This document shows, piece by piece, positions 13,181 through 26,290 of a stretch of 64,000 nt of DNA. Every line of letters begins with the position of its first letter. The stretch's first letter is position 1. Both the position numbers and the translations under genes were made by a program. The notes beneath the pieces were generated by a model. It did no database searches and was not told where the DNA came from. It saw only the letters and a list, made by a program, of their open reading frames with translations. Source of the DNA: Hydrolagus colliei (Eukaryota); assembly GCA_035084275.1 (NCBI GenBank), contig CM068749.1, positions 17,422,001-17,486,000 of the forward strand, given 5' to 3'.

Positions 13181-13927
13181 TATATGACAACAATAACAAA
13201 AATATATTTATAGAGCGCCTTTTACATCGGGAGAACGTGCAATATATTTCTAACATATATTTATAGAGCATCTACATTCATTCATCTTTTCAGTGCCTCA
13301 CGAAAGCTAACCCTGTGTTTATTAGACCCGCAGAAGGCTGTACACATTTGCCTAATAAGCAAGGATGATAGCTAGGAGCAGAAAGATTGAACTCTCTTCC
13401 TCTCTGTCTGCCTCTGACCCCAGTGCACACCACAATCACCACATTCACAAACTGACGGACACACTACCTCAATTGTAAGCAGCTCACCATGTATGATAAA
13501 TACCAGTCTGATGATTATTAAGGAATATTAACATTTAGGTAAAAGAAAAGTAATCAATGTTAAATCCAATCGGGAAATGAGGAAATGACTTAATAGCATA
13601 TTCACAAATCTACATGAGGGAAAACACCTGGACTAAACAAGGTCATTTTACTTTCATTTTATGTTACACAACTGTGAGGAAAGTTGCAACATGAGACTGA
13701 CTCCGGTAGTTGTGAGACTTAAAGAACAAAAATCTTTTAAACTCCCAAAGAGCAATATATATATATATATACAATATATGCATATATATATTTTATATAT
13801 TTATATATAAAATTAAGAACAATTTAAGGGAATCCTGGCCTTCATTAAAAAAAACTTTAGAGGAGGCTTAACATTGTCTCAGTTTCTGTTACTGAATCCC
13901 CAAGATTTTACCTGCTCACTCGATCTA

Positions 13928-14233
13928 TGGGGGGAGAAATTACACCTGGATCTAAATTTAATCTATTTTCTTTATCAATATCAAGATACCAAAGCATTTC
14001 AGAGGCTCCAGAATTTGGCGGATCGTGCAATTAAGTCCTATCTTTAAGGAAGCGTTTATTTTTAAGTACTGTACTTTCAAGAATTATACATATTTTTAAA
14101 ACTACACTCAAAGTTAAGCCAGAATTCAACAATTTACAAACTCTGGACATTCTGAGATGCTAAGAAAATAGAGAAAAATCGAGATCCAGGTTTTTGAATT
14201 TTTGAGTTTTTGAATCCAGAATTTCTGGCCCAA
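13928..14233. mobile_element. MITE / non-autonomous DNA transposon with long imperfect terminal inverted repeats
   Basis: Left ACCTGGATCTAAATTTAATCTATTTTCTT vs reverse complement of right ACCTGGATCTCGATTTTTCTCTATTTTCTT. Outer ends GGGGAGAAATT / AATTTCTGGCCC, flanked by TA. Confidence 0.6.
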
Positions 14234-15269
14234 TATGTTTGCAAAAAGACTCGAGCTGAATACAAACTAACCCAATAATGTCATTATGATTAACAGCATA
14301 ACTTTTATTTCCAAAACATTCCATAAAACATAGCAAAATCCAAGCACAGGGAAATGCTTTAAAAAGTGCAAAGTATTATAAGTAACATCATGTTTTTAGG
14401 GGTGTGGGGAACAGCAGGCATTACTGAATTGACAACATTTTGCCTTAAAAGTGAAGTTTATTTATGGAGTAATGTGCTTTTCCATAAGGTTCTTTGGTTA
14501 ATTCTTACAATGTGACATTAATTCTTCCACTGCATTACCAGTTAAATGTGCGTAGATATGTAGCATTGTGTAGCGATGTAACCAAAAGCACTCCCAGAAA
14601 TTAAAAATAAATCATTGTTAGCATTACGCTTGACCCCTATTAATATTTCACCAATTAAGAATGTTATGAACAGTTGACAGCCAAGTTTTAGTTGTTCTGC
14701 ATCATTTTTTTTTATTGGTGGTGAGCTGGAACAGCTGAGTTCACTGAATGTTCATTCAGTGAACATCTCTTCATTCCAATACTGTTTGTCAGTTTTGCTC
14801 GGAGGGCAGTGCTGGCTTTATAAGCGTGCACATTGTAGCTTGTGAGGCATTCCCACAGGCTGACTTCATGAATTGGTCAAGGACTGCCGTTTTATGAAGC
14901 TGCCCACAAAAAATAATTTGACAGGTAATCACAAGATTATTTTTCCCCTCTTGACATGGTAATATTACATAAGAATCTTTGAATCAGAGGTAAATACCCA
15001 ATGGATTAACATATGAATTGATTGACGTAGACCGAAATTGAATGTTTGAGAGTTACTTGGAGATTCACCTGCACCTGTAGAATAATACATATTCCAATGG
15101 CATTGGTATTAAATAACCCCAGAGAGTAATAGGACACCGGTATAGCTACAATTTCTTAAATTCTATGTTATTGATCGTAATTGGGTTGTATTATTGGGTC
15201 TGACATCTGACAGACTAAATTTAAATATCTGTAAGGTCGAATTAGTAAACATATGAACCATAGCACTCC

Positions 15270-15812
15270 ATTCAGCTGGAGTACTGTATCCAATTCTGAT
15301 CACTACACTATAGAAAGGATGTTAAGGCATTGGAAAGGGTGCAAAGGTTTACGAGAATGGTACCAGGATTGAGGGACTTCGGTTTTGAGGAAAGGCTAGA
15401 TAGGTTAGGTTTATTCTCATTAGAACAGAGCAGGTTGAGAAGAGACCTAAGAGAGGTTCATAAAATCATGAGGGGATTCGACAGGGTGAATAAGGAAAAA
15501 CTGTTTCCACTGGTTGGCGAATCTGTGACTAGTGGTCACAGATAGTTTCAAAATGAAGCAGAGGGGAGCTGAGGAGAAATTTTTTCACTCAGCAGGTTGT
15601 TCAAATCTGGAATACATTGTCTGAAAAGGTGGTGGAGGCCGATTCGATAACAGCTTTTAAAAGAGAATTAGATCTTTATTTAGGGAGAACAGGTCTGTTA
15701 GGTTACGGGGAGAGAACTGGGCAGTGGGATTGAGTTGCTCTTTTCAAAGAACCAGCACAGACTAGATGGGCTGAATGGCCTCCTTTTGTGCCATAAAATT
15801 CTATGATTCTAT
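15270..15812 (+). mobile_element. 5'-truncated CR1 LINE (ORF2 C-terminus plus 3' UTR), decayed
   Basis: Translation LERVQRFTRMVPGLRDFGFEERLDRLGLFSLEQSRLRRDL is typical of the CR1 ORF2 tail, with in-frame stops. Ends GGCTGAATGGCCTCCTTTTGTGCC...ATTCTATGATTCTAT. Confidence 0.92.
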
Positions 15813-16159
15813 AGAAAATATCTTAACATGCAATATTTTCCAAATTCATGAATTGTGATTCTATCAGAATTTCTATTCATATCTGCCTATACATCACTTT
15901 GACTGCGGTAGATCCAAATTAACTCTTCCACTTTCTATTCTGGCTCTTTCACTGGACAATCCTGATCATGCAGATCCTCTCAGATAACTAAGTTTTTGTT
16001 GTGAAGTTACATACTGATACTGTAATATGTTTTGATTTTGTAAAACCTCTTTAAACAAAATGAGTTGTTTCCATTCTTCCCTCATACTGTATGTTGTTCA
16101 GCTGTGAAATTTTATTCTTAATCTACCACCACCACCAACCACAAAATTATTAAATCATG

Positions 16160-16255
16160 TCGAATAGGAAGGTCTTGAGACTGGCCTTGATGGAGGAAAG
16201 GGAGGAAGCGAGGCAAAGGGATTGTGGGATGGAGTTCCAAAGTGCGGGGCAGTGT
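16160..16255 (-). mobile_element. L2-like LINE fragment
   Basis: Purine-rich GGAAGGTCTTGAG...GGATGGAGTTCCAAAGTG resembles the antisense of L2 ORF2 3' ends. Confidence 0.4.
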
Positions 16256-18112
16256 GAAGTATAAAATAATAAGTGAATAATTTGGGTTCTCCTTGTTCAT
16301 TTTTAACGCTACATTTTTTTTCAAATCAATACAAACTGTAATGTAGTGGAAGTAGCTGTTTGTGACAAATAGTAATTGGCAGAAATTTCCGCAAGTTGCT
16401 AAGTGCATTAAAACACTAATGGTACCTCTTAAGAGCAGTGGAATATCAGGTTGTAGTGCACATTGTCAATAATATAGTACTATATTTAGTGAGATGAGGA
16501 AAGTTTTATCTCAGATACATGGGTTTCTGTTGTTGAGCTAAAGGAATATTAGCTGAATTGCTGACTCGGAGAACAGATGCAGTGAGGCTCGAGAGACATA
16601 ATAATCTACTATTGATTTTCATTGATATGGTTAAGTCTAGTTAAGGTAAAACATCCAGCACCATGGAAATGGGATTTGCAGAGACAGGTCTCTCTCTCGG
16701 GACCACTGCTAGTTTCACTTGTTTAGTAATGAGAGAGAGAGACAGAGAGAGAGTTACCCATTTATTATTTCTGTAAATGTTAACTTCTCTTGTGACTATA
16801 AGGATTCAATTAGAGTAGACCAGTAGGACTATTAAGGCTGCTGAATTCTTAGACCGTGCATAACTGCCCCATTGTAGAATTCACTCTATCAACACTCTAT
16901 CTACCACGCCTTGAGCCCCTCCGGCAGTTGAGTTCAAACTACAGAATAGTTATTCATCTATATTTTTCTACTATTCAAATCTGGCCTTCGCCTAATAGAC
17001 ATTTGGCACCCAATCACTTGTGATTGGCTATTGCAGTAAATGCATGAATGTTGTACAGTACAGTATACTTACATTACCTAAAACTTGTAATGTTATTAAA
17101 TTATAGTGTCACATTTCCACCTCAAAAAAATACCCATGTCTTAAAAAGCATTCCTTGGACAGAATATGCAGCGTCAGATGGAAGAATTTAGGTAGGGCTT
17201 CAGGGGGAGCATAATAGCTGAAGGTTTAGCTCATCAGTATGGGTGGTAGCATTAAGATACTTTCATTTAGTAGGCTTGAGTTTATTGAATAGAGTGGGCA
17301 AGCAGAAGAGTGTGGCTGAAGAATATCACACAAGTATGGAAGGAAGATGATGTAGAGCGAATTATGAGAGAGAAAGAATCTGGGAGCTGATCTGTTCGTA
17401 GAACATGTGAAGCCTGGCAAGAGACAGGATGATGAGGATGGAACGTTTAGTGCCAGCAAGCAGCCAAATGTTGGATGAACTGAAGCTTGTAGACCTGGGG
17501 TGGGGTTGACATAAAGATGGTACCGTTAGTGAAAACAATGGTATTTTTAGTGGCCATCATATGACAGATCCCAATTTCTCAAAAGGTATAATAATAATTC
17601 TTTCATTTTCCTTTAATAGCAAAAATATGTTCAAATTAATTGGACCATCTGCCTCTGGACCAACGTTTCCTGACACAAAAAATGGTGTTGGCCTAAATAT
17701 GTCTCTGAATCTCTGCTGCTCGGCCAGAAATGCTTCACACAACAAAACCTAAGTGTTGCATTCCCACCAGCCACAAGGCAAATACATTATTCTGATCAAT
17801 GTAGAAAGTTTAGTAACTATTTTGATGACCCAGTTTCAATAGATTTATAGGAAAAAGAGGAGGAGGTGGCCAGTCTGTCTATCAAGCCTATTCTACCATT
17901 TTATTAGTTCCACCAGTATTATGAGGCTCCTGCAGTTTATCAGTGTTTTAGGAACCAGTCACTTGTTCAACTCAACCCTTGACAGCGGAATCTGCCTTCA
18001 ATCAGTTGCAAGTTAACGCTATATCTTTACGCTGGCCCGTGGAAATTGACTTCATAGATGAACCTTGCAACATATAGGATAAAAACAAACTGCTGTTGGC
18101 CAGCTCCAAAGT

Positions 18113-18163
18113 AAAACATGTCACACACACACACGCACTAGGTGTGTGTGTGTGACATGTTTT
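18113..18163. repeat. Perfect inverted repeat, 22-bp arms, 7-nt spacer
   Basis: AAAACATGT(CA)6C-GCACTAG-G(TG)6ACATGTTTT. Confidence 0.95.
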
Positions 18164-18529
18164 CATGTCAATGATTTCGCAATGATTTGGTAATCAATGA
18201 TTTGGTTTTGCTAATATAACAGTTATCAAGCTACCTTGTGGTTCTTTCATGAAATTGTTGACTGCACTTCTCCATCACTTTCTCTTGTATGTTTCAAGGA
18301 TGTCACCAGTCAGTCTGGCATTCTCAAGTGTTACTCCTCTCAGAAGCTGACCCTGTGGACGATTCTCATCGTGACTCGACTTACCAAGGCTCCACACTAA
18401 GTAGTGTTTAGAGTTTACTTCCAAAAACAATCAATATTAATGTTAACCTTTGACCATTTCTGACTTCACTGCAGACAAGATGATTCCACCCCTAATTGTT
18501 CAATTATTTGGGGTTGCTCTATAAATCCT

Positions 18530-18610
18530 GATAGATAGATGGATGGATGGATGGATGGACGGACAGGCGGGCGGGCGGGTGGGCAGGCGGGTGGACGGAC
18601 GGACGGACGA
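18530..18610. repeat. Compound tetranucleotide microsatellite
   Basis: (GATA)n>(GGAT)n>(GGAC)n>(GGGC)n>(GGAC)n. Confidence 0.95.
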
Positions 18611-18719
18611 GAAAAACTATTAATTGTGATACATATCAGAATAAATGCAAATACTATATGTGATTTTAATCTGAATTAATTAATAATATTTTGGAGGATT
18701 TTCTTAAATCCTGTCTTTC

Positions 18720-18940
18720 AAGATGTATTGTGAAATGAGTTTAAGGGGCTGTGTATTTGGAGGCAAACATGGTAGTGTTTGTGCATAGCAATGTCCCACA
18801 AACACCCATGAAATAAACAAACAATTTCATTTGGAGAATTTTTGTCCAGGATACCGGAAGAAATGTTATGTAAATTCAAAGTTCCGACATGGAGATTGAA
18901 CCCACAATCTTCTGCCAAAAATGCAACTGACTGAGCTAAC
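18720..18940 (-). mobile_element. Decayed tRNA-SINE
   Basis: GCAATGTCCCACAAACA body; the head end reads GATTGAACCC...CTGACTGAGCTAA (antisense B- and A-box). Confidence 0.6.
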
Positions 18941-19759
18941 ATGACATCCTAAAAAGTAATGATCATGAATTGCATCATTTATTAAATTAATATAAAGTAT
19001 TAAGTATTTCAGTATGTCCTCTTTCTCTTTGGGACAAACCATAAAGAGCAATAAAGGCCTCAGTAAACCCATAGTGTCTTAAAAGTTGCTTGAGGCTTTA
19101 GAGGAACACAGATTCTATTGAGAGACAGTAAGCCTTTTTCATTTCAGTCGTGGCCAAGCCCTCTCTTAATTGCCATTAGGTGGTTAAATGGCTTCTGTAA
19201 GAAGAAGAGCTTCAACTAGAATGCACCCATACAAGGGAGCCTTTTCACAACTGTATGCAATAACTTTCAATGTGCCCTGGGCACACAGATGTTAAATAGC
19301 AAATTCTCTTCCAGATTACACTTGTGGAACCCCTGTCAGAGATCGTCAAACACTGTGTTTGTGGTCAAAATCTAATTAAATTCACTTGCACGTGAAACCA
19401 AAAGGATGAGAAGGCCTTCAGGGTCCCGCAGTCTGAAGAAGGTTTGCATTGTTGTTTGTAAAATTCTAGTAGGTAGTTTGGACAGGAAGTAAGGTTACTG
19501 AGCTGTCAGTCATCACTGCACAACCACCTGTTCCCATACTAACTATGCTTGGAATATTTATTGTAGCCTGAAGCACAGCAATGTGTTTTTCATTACCTAA
19601 AAGCTTTTCAAACTATTATCTTTTATCAAAAGAAGGAAGTAAGTGCAATTCTACTCTTTCCTATATCGCATTGTTATTGATTAGGACGCTTTTCACCTAG
19701 AAATCCACCATCTGGCTTTAATTATTTTCTTAATCTAACATTGAGAACATGGTGAACAT

Positions 19760-20105
19760 AATAATAATGATAATAATCCTTGCATTTGATAGAGTACCTT
19801 TCATGTCAGGAGAAATGTGCTTCATAGGATTTACTATGAAGTGAACCAACTCTGAATTTTGTAGGCAAAATCAACAGCCAATTTACACATAGTAATGTCC
19901 AACCAACAGTCATGAAGTGAATGGCCATTTTTATCTGAGGGGTAGTTGACCAGGGGTTATTGGGAGGAACTCTTTTCTCTTTTCAAACAGTGTAGTGAAA
20001 TCTTTAACGTCCACCTGAATAGGCAGATGGGATCTCGATTTAACATCTTATCCAGAGGACTTGAAGTTCAACAATGCAGGGCTCCTCCAGCACTGTATTA
20101 GAGGC
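19760..20105 (-). mobile_element. DeuSINE-superfamily SINE
   Basis: (TAA)n tail; ATCTTTAACGTCCACCTGAATAGGCAGATGGGATCTCGATTTAACATCTTATCC is the antisense Deu domain. Confidence 0.8.
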
Positions 20106-20314
20106 AGTATTATAACATTATAGCAAGCCAGAATTTTGTCATTTTCTGTAAACATTTGATGTGCTGGGCTGTCTAGATCCATTGAATTTTCTGTATTAAC
20201 AACTTTTTTTTAATCTAAAGATATAAATATAGTACTTTCAGGAGATAGATGCTCTCACCTAGTGCACATGGAGGTTCAGTTTGTAAAGTATTGGCTAAAT
20301 GGGCTAAATACCCT

Positions 20315-20549
20315 TGCCAGCTTTCCCCCCTTTTACCCTTAATCCCACTTCCATGACTGTTTGTGGGCCACTGCTGTGCGCAATTTGGCTGCCCCATTTC
20401 ACCCACAAATATACAGTCAATTTTCCTACTCTTGTTCATCCTGCCCCGACCTCTCCCCACCTGCTATTGTCCCCGCCTAACTGTACAGCGCCTTGGGACG
20501 TCCTCTCGACGTGAAAGGTGCTATATAAATGTAAGTTTTGATTGATTGA
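20315..20549 (+). mobile_element. Younger SINE, 3' part
   Basis: CACTGCTGTGCGCAATTTGGCTGCC...CCCACAAATATACAGTCAATT...GCGCCTTGGGACGTCCTCTCGACGTGAAAGG...(TTGA)n; closely similar to 34220-34392 (-). Confidence 0.85.
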
Positions 20550-20559
20550 ATGTGAAACC

Positions 20560-20840
20560 AAGCCACTCAGAACAGGATGATCTTAAGTTCTGTCTGATCT
20601 CAGAAATAGTGACATTGGAGGGTAGTTCAATTGGATTCAGTTTCCCTAGACAAAGGAGGGGGAGCAGAAACAGCCAGCATTCCTGCTTCTGATTGCTATC
20701 CAGGAACCCCTGATGAAATGTACGCGAAGAGGTGTTATGTAAGGAAAGGCTAAGCTGGGCAATAGAGCTGTATTGCCCTGCACAGTCAACTACCTGCTGA
20801 CAATCATTGTTTAGACTCACACATGAAGAACAACCTTTTG
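20560..20840 (+). mobile_element. Ancient SINE-like repeat, family B, copy 2
   Basis: CTGATCTCAG...CAATTGGATTCAG...GGAGGGGGAGCAGAAACAGCCAGCATTCCTGCTTCTGATTGCTATCCAG...CACATGAAGAA. Confidence 0.6.
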
Positions 20841-22059
20841 GGAGTAGTAACGGGGGACAATCGGAGCCTGTGTAATAATATATCAGTATAAAGGAATACC
20901 TTCAGGAGGAGAGGACAAAATTAAAGCAGCATAATTATCTAAATTTGGGGTGGAAAAAATCGTCTCCTGACTGTTTGTTTCATTTTCATAATGTCGGAAA
21001 TGGGAGTGTAGTGCCTTTACAGCATCACCTACCGTGTGATTATGTCCCAGTGTGGCTGCATTTATATAATAGTCACAGCTAATGTAATATCCTGGTACCA
21101 ATAAACGTTTATATGTTCTGGTAATATAATCTGGTTTTTAATAACTATCCTTTCCAGAGAGCAAAAGGTGCCACATCATTAACCAACCACACCTTTTAAT
21201 TCATAACCCAAGACACATAACCACACCAAATCCATTTCCCCTTCCTTAGATCTCTCTGGGCAACCAGAGAAAGTGTATGAGCTATTACTTGCTAGTCGTT
21301 TGACAGCCGGCAGCCAACTGCAGTATTTGTAGTTGAATAACCTGTTTGGTCTCACACCGATTGTGGTTCAAATTATTTTGTCTTCGATCCACCATATTAT
21401 ATCTTTGGTGGGTTTCTTTTCTATTAATTTTACATATTTCCTATAATAAATTGCACATTATAAAAATATATTTACACCACTGTCAAAATTATTTACCTGA
21501 AAACAAACTAGCCTTAATTTTCCCCAGCTCCCTGCACACTGACAATATCAATAAAATATGTGATATACAGAGATGTACAAAAATTCACCAAGTTCAGTTG
21601 CATTGATATCCCAATAAAAAAAATGTTGAACCACCATGGACTGGTATTGTCTAATGAAATATTCATCTACCTTTTGGATAAACTATAAATATTTGTATCA
21701 GATCTGGTTATATTAATGTTGCAGCAGTAGCTTTTTTCAAACCCACATTTTTCTATTGAAATAGTGGAGGCAAAGAGGAAACAGTGCAATGTGTCAGGCA
21801 TTTTACTATTCTCCATTGTGTTCTGTTCTCACAGCTGTTTGGGGATCATTTTGTTTTAAAATGAAAGATTCAAAGTTTTATTAATTTTTTAATTTGGTTT
21901 TAATGAGGATTATTATGAGAATGGAAAGTGATTTTAATGTTCTGTTCGGCTCTAATATACTGGATGAGCTGTCTCTCACCACCTCACGACTCTCCCTAGT
22001 GGGAATGAAGTATTAAATTGACTAGCTGTGTTAATCTGTAAAACTGTGATGACAACATC

Positions 22060-22410
22060 AACAACAATTTACACATACTGTACATAACTCCTTTCCTGCA
22101 GGAGAATACCTCAAAGCATTTTACAAAGACTGAGTGGGAGCCCAAGATGGGAGGAAGTGGGAGGTAGAGATAAGATGACTGAAGGGGTAGTTGAATTTTG
22201 TTGTTGTTGAAGAAATTGGATTTTAAGTTAGTTTTGAAAACAGAGAGAGAGAAGGGATGAGGTGGAAAGGTTTTGAAAGAGCATTCCAGAGAGCATGAAA
22301 AAGTGGCTGAATGTTCGCCCACTAATGGTAGAGCAGAAACAACAACAAACTTCAATTTATATAGTGCCCTCCATGCCGGATGGTGTTTCAGAGCGCTTCA
22401 AACAGTGGGG
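22060..22410 (-). mobile_element. L2/SINE tail fragments
   Basis: (AAC)n tails with TTTATATAGTGCCCTCCATGCCGGATGGTGTTTCAGAGCGCTTCA, plus L2-like TTTTAAG...GAGCATTCCAGAG. Confidence 0.55.
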
Positions 22411-24884
22411 GACAGAAAAACAGCCAAAGGTGGCAGAGAGAAGGGTGTGAGTGGGTGAATAGGATTGCCAGAGATGTCAGAAGTCCAGTGAACTATGTCT
22501 TTCAAAGGCATGGATGAGGATCTTACAATGGATGTTCTAGGGGAAAGGGAGCTTGTGGAACCAACCAAGCTAATGGCCTTGTGGAGTTTGGTGCAGGAGA
22601 TAAGGCAGGCAACAGCAAACAGCTCACGGGTTGATTACTTGAAACAAAAACAACAGATTTGATTATCTGCCAAATACTGTACTCAATTGTCTGCTAAGAA
22701 GGAAAAAGAAACTCCTCTTCTACCGCTTCAGTTCTTTTTTCTTGACAATAAACTTGTCTGAAGTGAAGGGATTGGGCACAACTGAGCTCTCTGCTTATTA
22801 CAGGAAATGTTGGCAAGAGTTTGTGAGGGACATAAATGTTTCGTTGTGTGACCAATTCTGCTGCGATTGAGAATGTTGCCAGGTTGTCTTGGTTGCGGGA
22901 TAGCCAGCTTTAAGATAAAGGGCAACCATTTGTTGAATGGGCCGGCGTTTTGCAGAAAGACCATTTCCTTCATGCATGAGAATGAGGTATCAAGGATTTG
23001 TTCCACCCATTCTCCTGTGGGTGTATGTCATCTTGGGTATCCTGCTGTACATTCAATACAGACCTCTGGAGAAGCTAGCAATAGCATAACATTGTCCCTG
23101 TCTCGGACTGTTTCTCTGCACGTACGTGAAATGGATGAGCTTTGTCAGCTTCTGCAACAGTGGATCAGTCAGCCCTTGAATACAGATGGACGTAACACTT
23201 TGTCTCTTGCCCGAAAAATCATCTCCCATTGACTGCAAAGAGCAGGAAATTAATGACTTCTGTCACATTTTATGTGTTCACAAAACTCTGCACCTCCCTT
23301 TAATCCTGTTCCCTCCTCCAACAGAATTGCAACTATTGCTCCAGGTGCATTAACCTGCCTGCTTTCCCTTCTCCAGTGTCTCTCAGTCTGTTGACAGAGA
23401 TCAAACCCAGATAAGGTGTGTTTTCAGAGTTTTTAATATGACCAAAGTTCATTGGATCTGCCTTCCCTTTCCCACACTCAAGCACCCTGACTAAATTGAT
23501 GGGGGGTTTTCTAGACTAATGGAAAATATTAATTTCCATGTAATAACTATTCAAACTAATATAAATACTTGACTGTGTCTAAAAATAGGTACACGTGATA
23601 GCAGGTTAACATTGAAATCATCAGCAGACAGGAGAAAAGCACTTAGTCGGTACAGACGTACAGAAATGCAAGCCTGTGTGCTGTATGTAAATACTATATC
23701 ACGCTATTATTTGTTGTGATTGAACACTTGGAAGCATGTGACAGTTGTGTGCTTATGAAAAAATGATTACATGCTTTCCAAGCCAATGCAGTAGTGCTCC
23801 TTAGTGAGTAAAGGGATTTAACACGACTCTGTGAATGATGCTCGCGGTTGTTCCAACAGGCGCTGAAAAGTGTCAGGAGCCTGAGGTAAAGCTCAATGAT
23901 TACCTTCATTTCACCAACAGGGCATAACTAGTGTGAGCTTGGGACCCAAATCTTCTTAACTCATCTCTCAGCTCATACAGCCTGTACTTATTAAATTTAA
24001 AGCAAAGAAAACAGTGGGTGTCAGTCAAATCAATAAAACTAATGTGATTCCTGTAAACCTTAAGTCATTCTCTCTCTCTCTACTTTCCCACTAAAGCCAG
24101 TGGCCATTTTAGTTTCTGCTCCTTATTTATCTGCTCCAACGTGAAGTCAAGACTCATGCATAAGTTGAAAACATTTCATTTTCAGATAAGGTGTTCCAAA
24201 ATGTTTAACTTACTCAAGCTTAATTGGTTATTTCAAGTCCCCCAAATTTAGGAAACTTTAATTATTACACCACATCACAAACTGCATTGGACCATAGCAC
24301 ATAGAAGAGAATATGTCAAAATCTATATGCATAATTTGAACCAAAGTCAACAGTTTTCAGTTTTTTTTCAGATAATGCTGACTGTCCCTGTTGCCAATTT
24401 GCTTACACAACTCACATTGCATCACTGGATAGGATGTAGTTCTGCACTGACTCCCACCAGATTATTATTAACATCAGTGCTGCAGCGGCTGTGTAAAGCT
24501 ATGCTTCCTCCTTAGGGTAGTGCAGAAACAAGGACAATCAACTACTACCTGGATATTTTCCAAGTGAAAAAATGAGCTAAATCCTTCCAAAATCAGTAGT
24601 TAATGTATAAACCAAAAGTACTATGGTTCTCTTTGTTAATACTGTACTAAATTGTGTATTTTCTTTGGAGTTCAATCACTACAGCAGGCCAAGTACTTTA
24701 GAACTAAACGAATAATGGTGTTTCATTAGAGCGCTACAGGACACTACATTGCGTGAAGGTCGCTATATAAATGCAAGTTGTTGATGTTACAAATTTTCTT
24801 CCATTGTTTTTTCCCAGAGAATTTTATGTTCATTGGTGAATTACTCCAGTGGCAGGCAAAATTTTTAAAAGATTTTGTTCTGCA

Positions 24885-25095
24885 GGGCCACTGTCAAGCG
24901 CTCCCAGGTCAAATACAGTGTAGAATATATTAACAGAACAGAGGATGTCTCAGTTTGGCAATTCATTCAATAGGTGGTATCTCGCACAATGATGCCCCAG
25001 TTCTGCACTGGAGTATCAGCTGCATCGGCAATTTGAACCCACCAATCTCCTGACATATACCAAAGGAGGAGAGTAAGAGCTCCTGAGCCAGATTG
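24885..25095. mobile_element. Decayed LINE-tail and DeuSINE-like fragments
   Basis: CAAGCGCTCCCAGGTCA; CAGTTCTGCACTGGAGTATCAGC...TTTGAACCCAC...CTGAGCCA. Confidence 0.45.
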
Positions 25096-25441
25096 ATATC
25101 AGAAGAGGCCATTGTTACTAAAGCTCTATGACATTTCCACTTCTCACTCCTGCCACCCCTGTGGTCTCTTGATGAGGAATTGCCAAATTGTTGATGCTTT
25201 GGTGAGTAGATGGCACTGTTGACAAATGCCTACTTGGAATTGGACAATAGTCAATCTCAATACACCAACTAATCTTTCCAACTGATAACCATCACCACTG
25301 CTTACCGAATGCAACACATGAACATATTACTTACCAATAGGACTCTTGATCAAGAAAGGACAAGAATCATTAATGACACTTACACTGCTGTTCTCATTAT
25401 TGTCAGGGCTATTTAACCTCCTGTAAATTGAATGATCCTGA

Positions 25442-25565
25442 ATAAGAATAATAATAATAATAATCCTTGCTTTTTGATATAACGCTTTTCACATCTTCTA
25501 GATGTCTCAAAGCGCTTCACAGAATATACTGTAAAATTAATTGAGTGTATATTTGTGGGCGAAAT
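25442..25565 (-). mobile_element. SINE 3' part
   Basis: (AAT)n CCTTGC...CGCTTTTCACATCTTCTAGATGTCTCAAAGCGCTTCACAGAATATACTG. Confidence 0.85.
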
Positions 25566-25964
25566 TGTGTATGATCCTGAATGTTAATATACCAGAAAAT
25601 AAACCATATAATGTTAATTTTATTCTCACTATTTTGAGCTTCAATCAAAAATCCTCCCAGAAAGATTTAGATCTATACAAATGACAGAATCACTGCAAGC
25701 TTTTAATGCAATGTTTTCAAACATACATGTAAAAAACATTACACTCAGAAGAGAGCTTCCAAAGATTTACAATAAATGTATAGCTACAGAAACAGGCCCA
25801 ATCAGTGTTTATACTCCACACAAGTCCCCACCAATTCCTTTACTCCCTCCTATACTTCCCTTCAAAGTATTCCTCTACACTTAAGTGAAGGTCTAGCTTC
25901 CTCTTGAATGCTGACATTTACATCCAGCAATCCAGTAGGTTTTGTTGGTGAAATTGTCCACTTC

Positions 25965-26290
25965 CCCTTCTGAAGGTGGTGATTCATGGACACTGGGTGC
26001 CATGCCCAAGTGACTATTCTTCATGTGTTAGGCCAAGACAATGGCAGCACAGTGAATGTTTGCTTAGTGAGTGTTGGGAGGGCATCACAGCTGAATCCAG
26101 TCCTCTTCGTATCCATTGTCTACAAACATACAAGCAGCATAAAGTGATCAGAAACAGGAAAGCTCGTTGATTTTCCCTTTCCCTACCCTAGGGGAAGAAA
26201 GGCCTAATTGTATCATCCCAACTGTTACCTGAGAGAAGTTAACTGAATTCGTACTGAGATTTGAACCTGTGACCTTTGTACGGCTTAGTG
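25965..26290 (-). mobile_element. Ancient SINE-like repeat, family B, copy 3
   Basis: Antisense of the family-B motifs: TTCTTCATGTG, GAGGGCATCACAGC, GATCAGAAACAGGAA, GATTTTCCCTTTCCCTA, TTTGAACCTGTGACCTT. Confidence 0.6.

Noticed and set aside
15330-15545. 71-aa ORF as a host gene
   Set aside because: Fragment of CR1 ORF2 with adjacent in-frame stops
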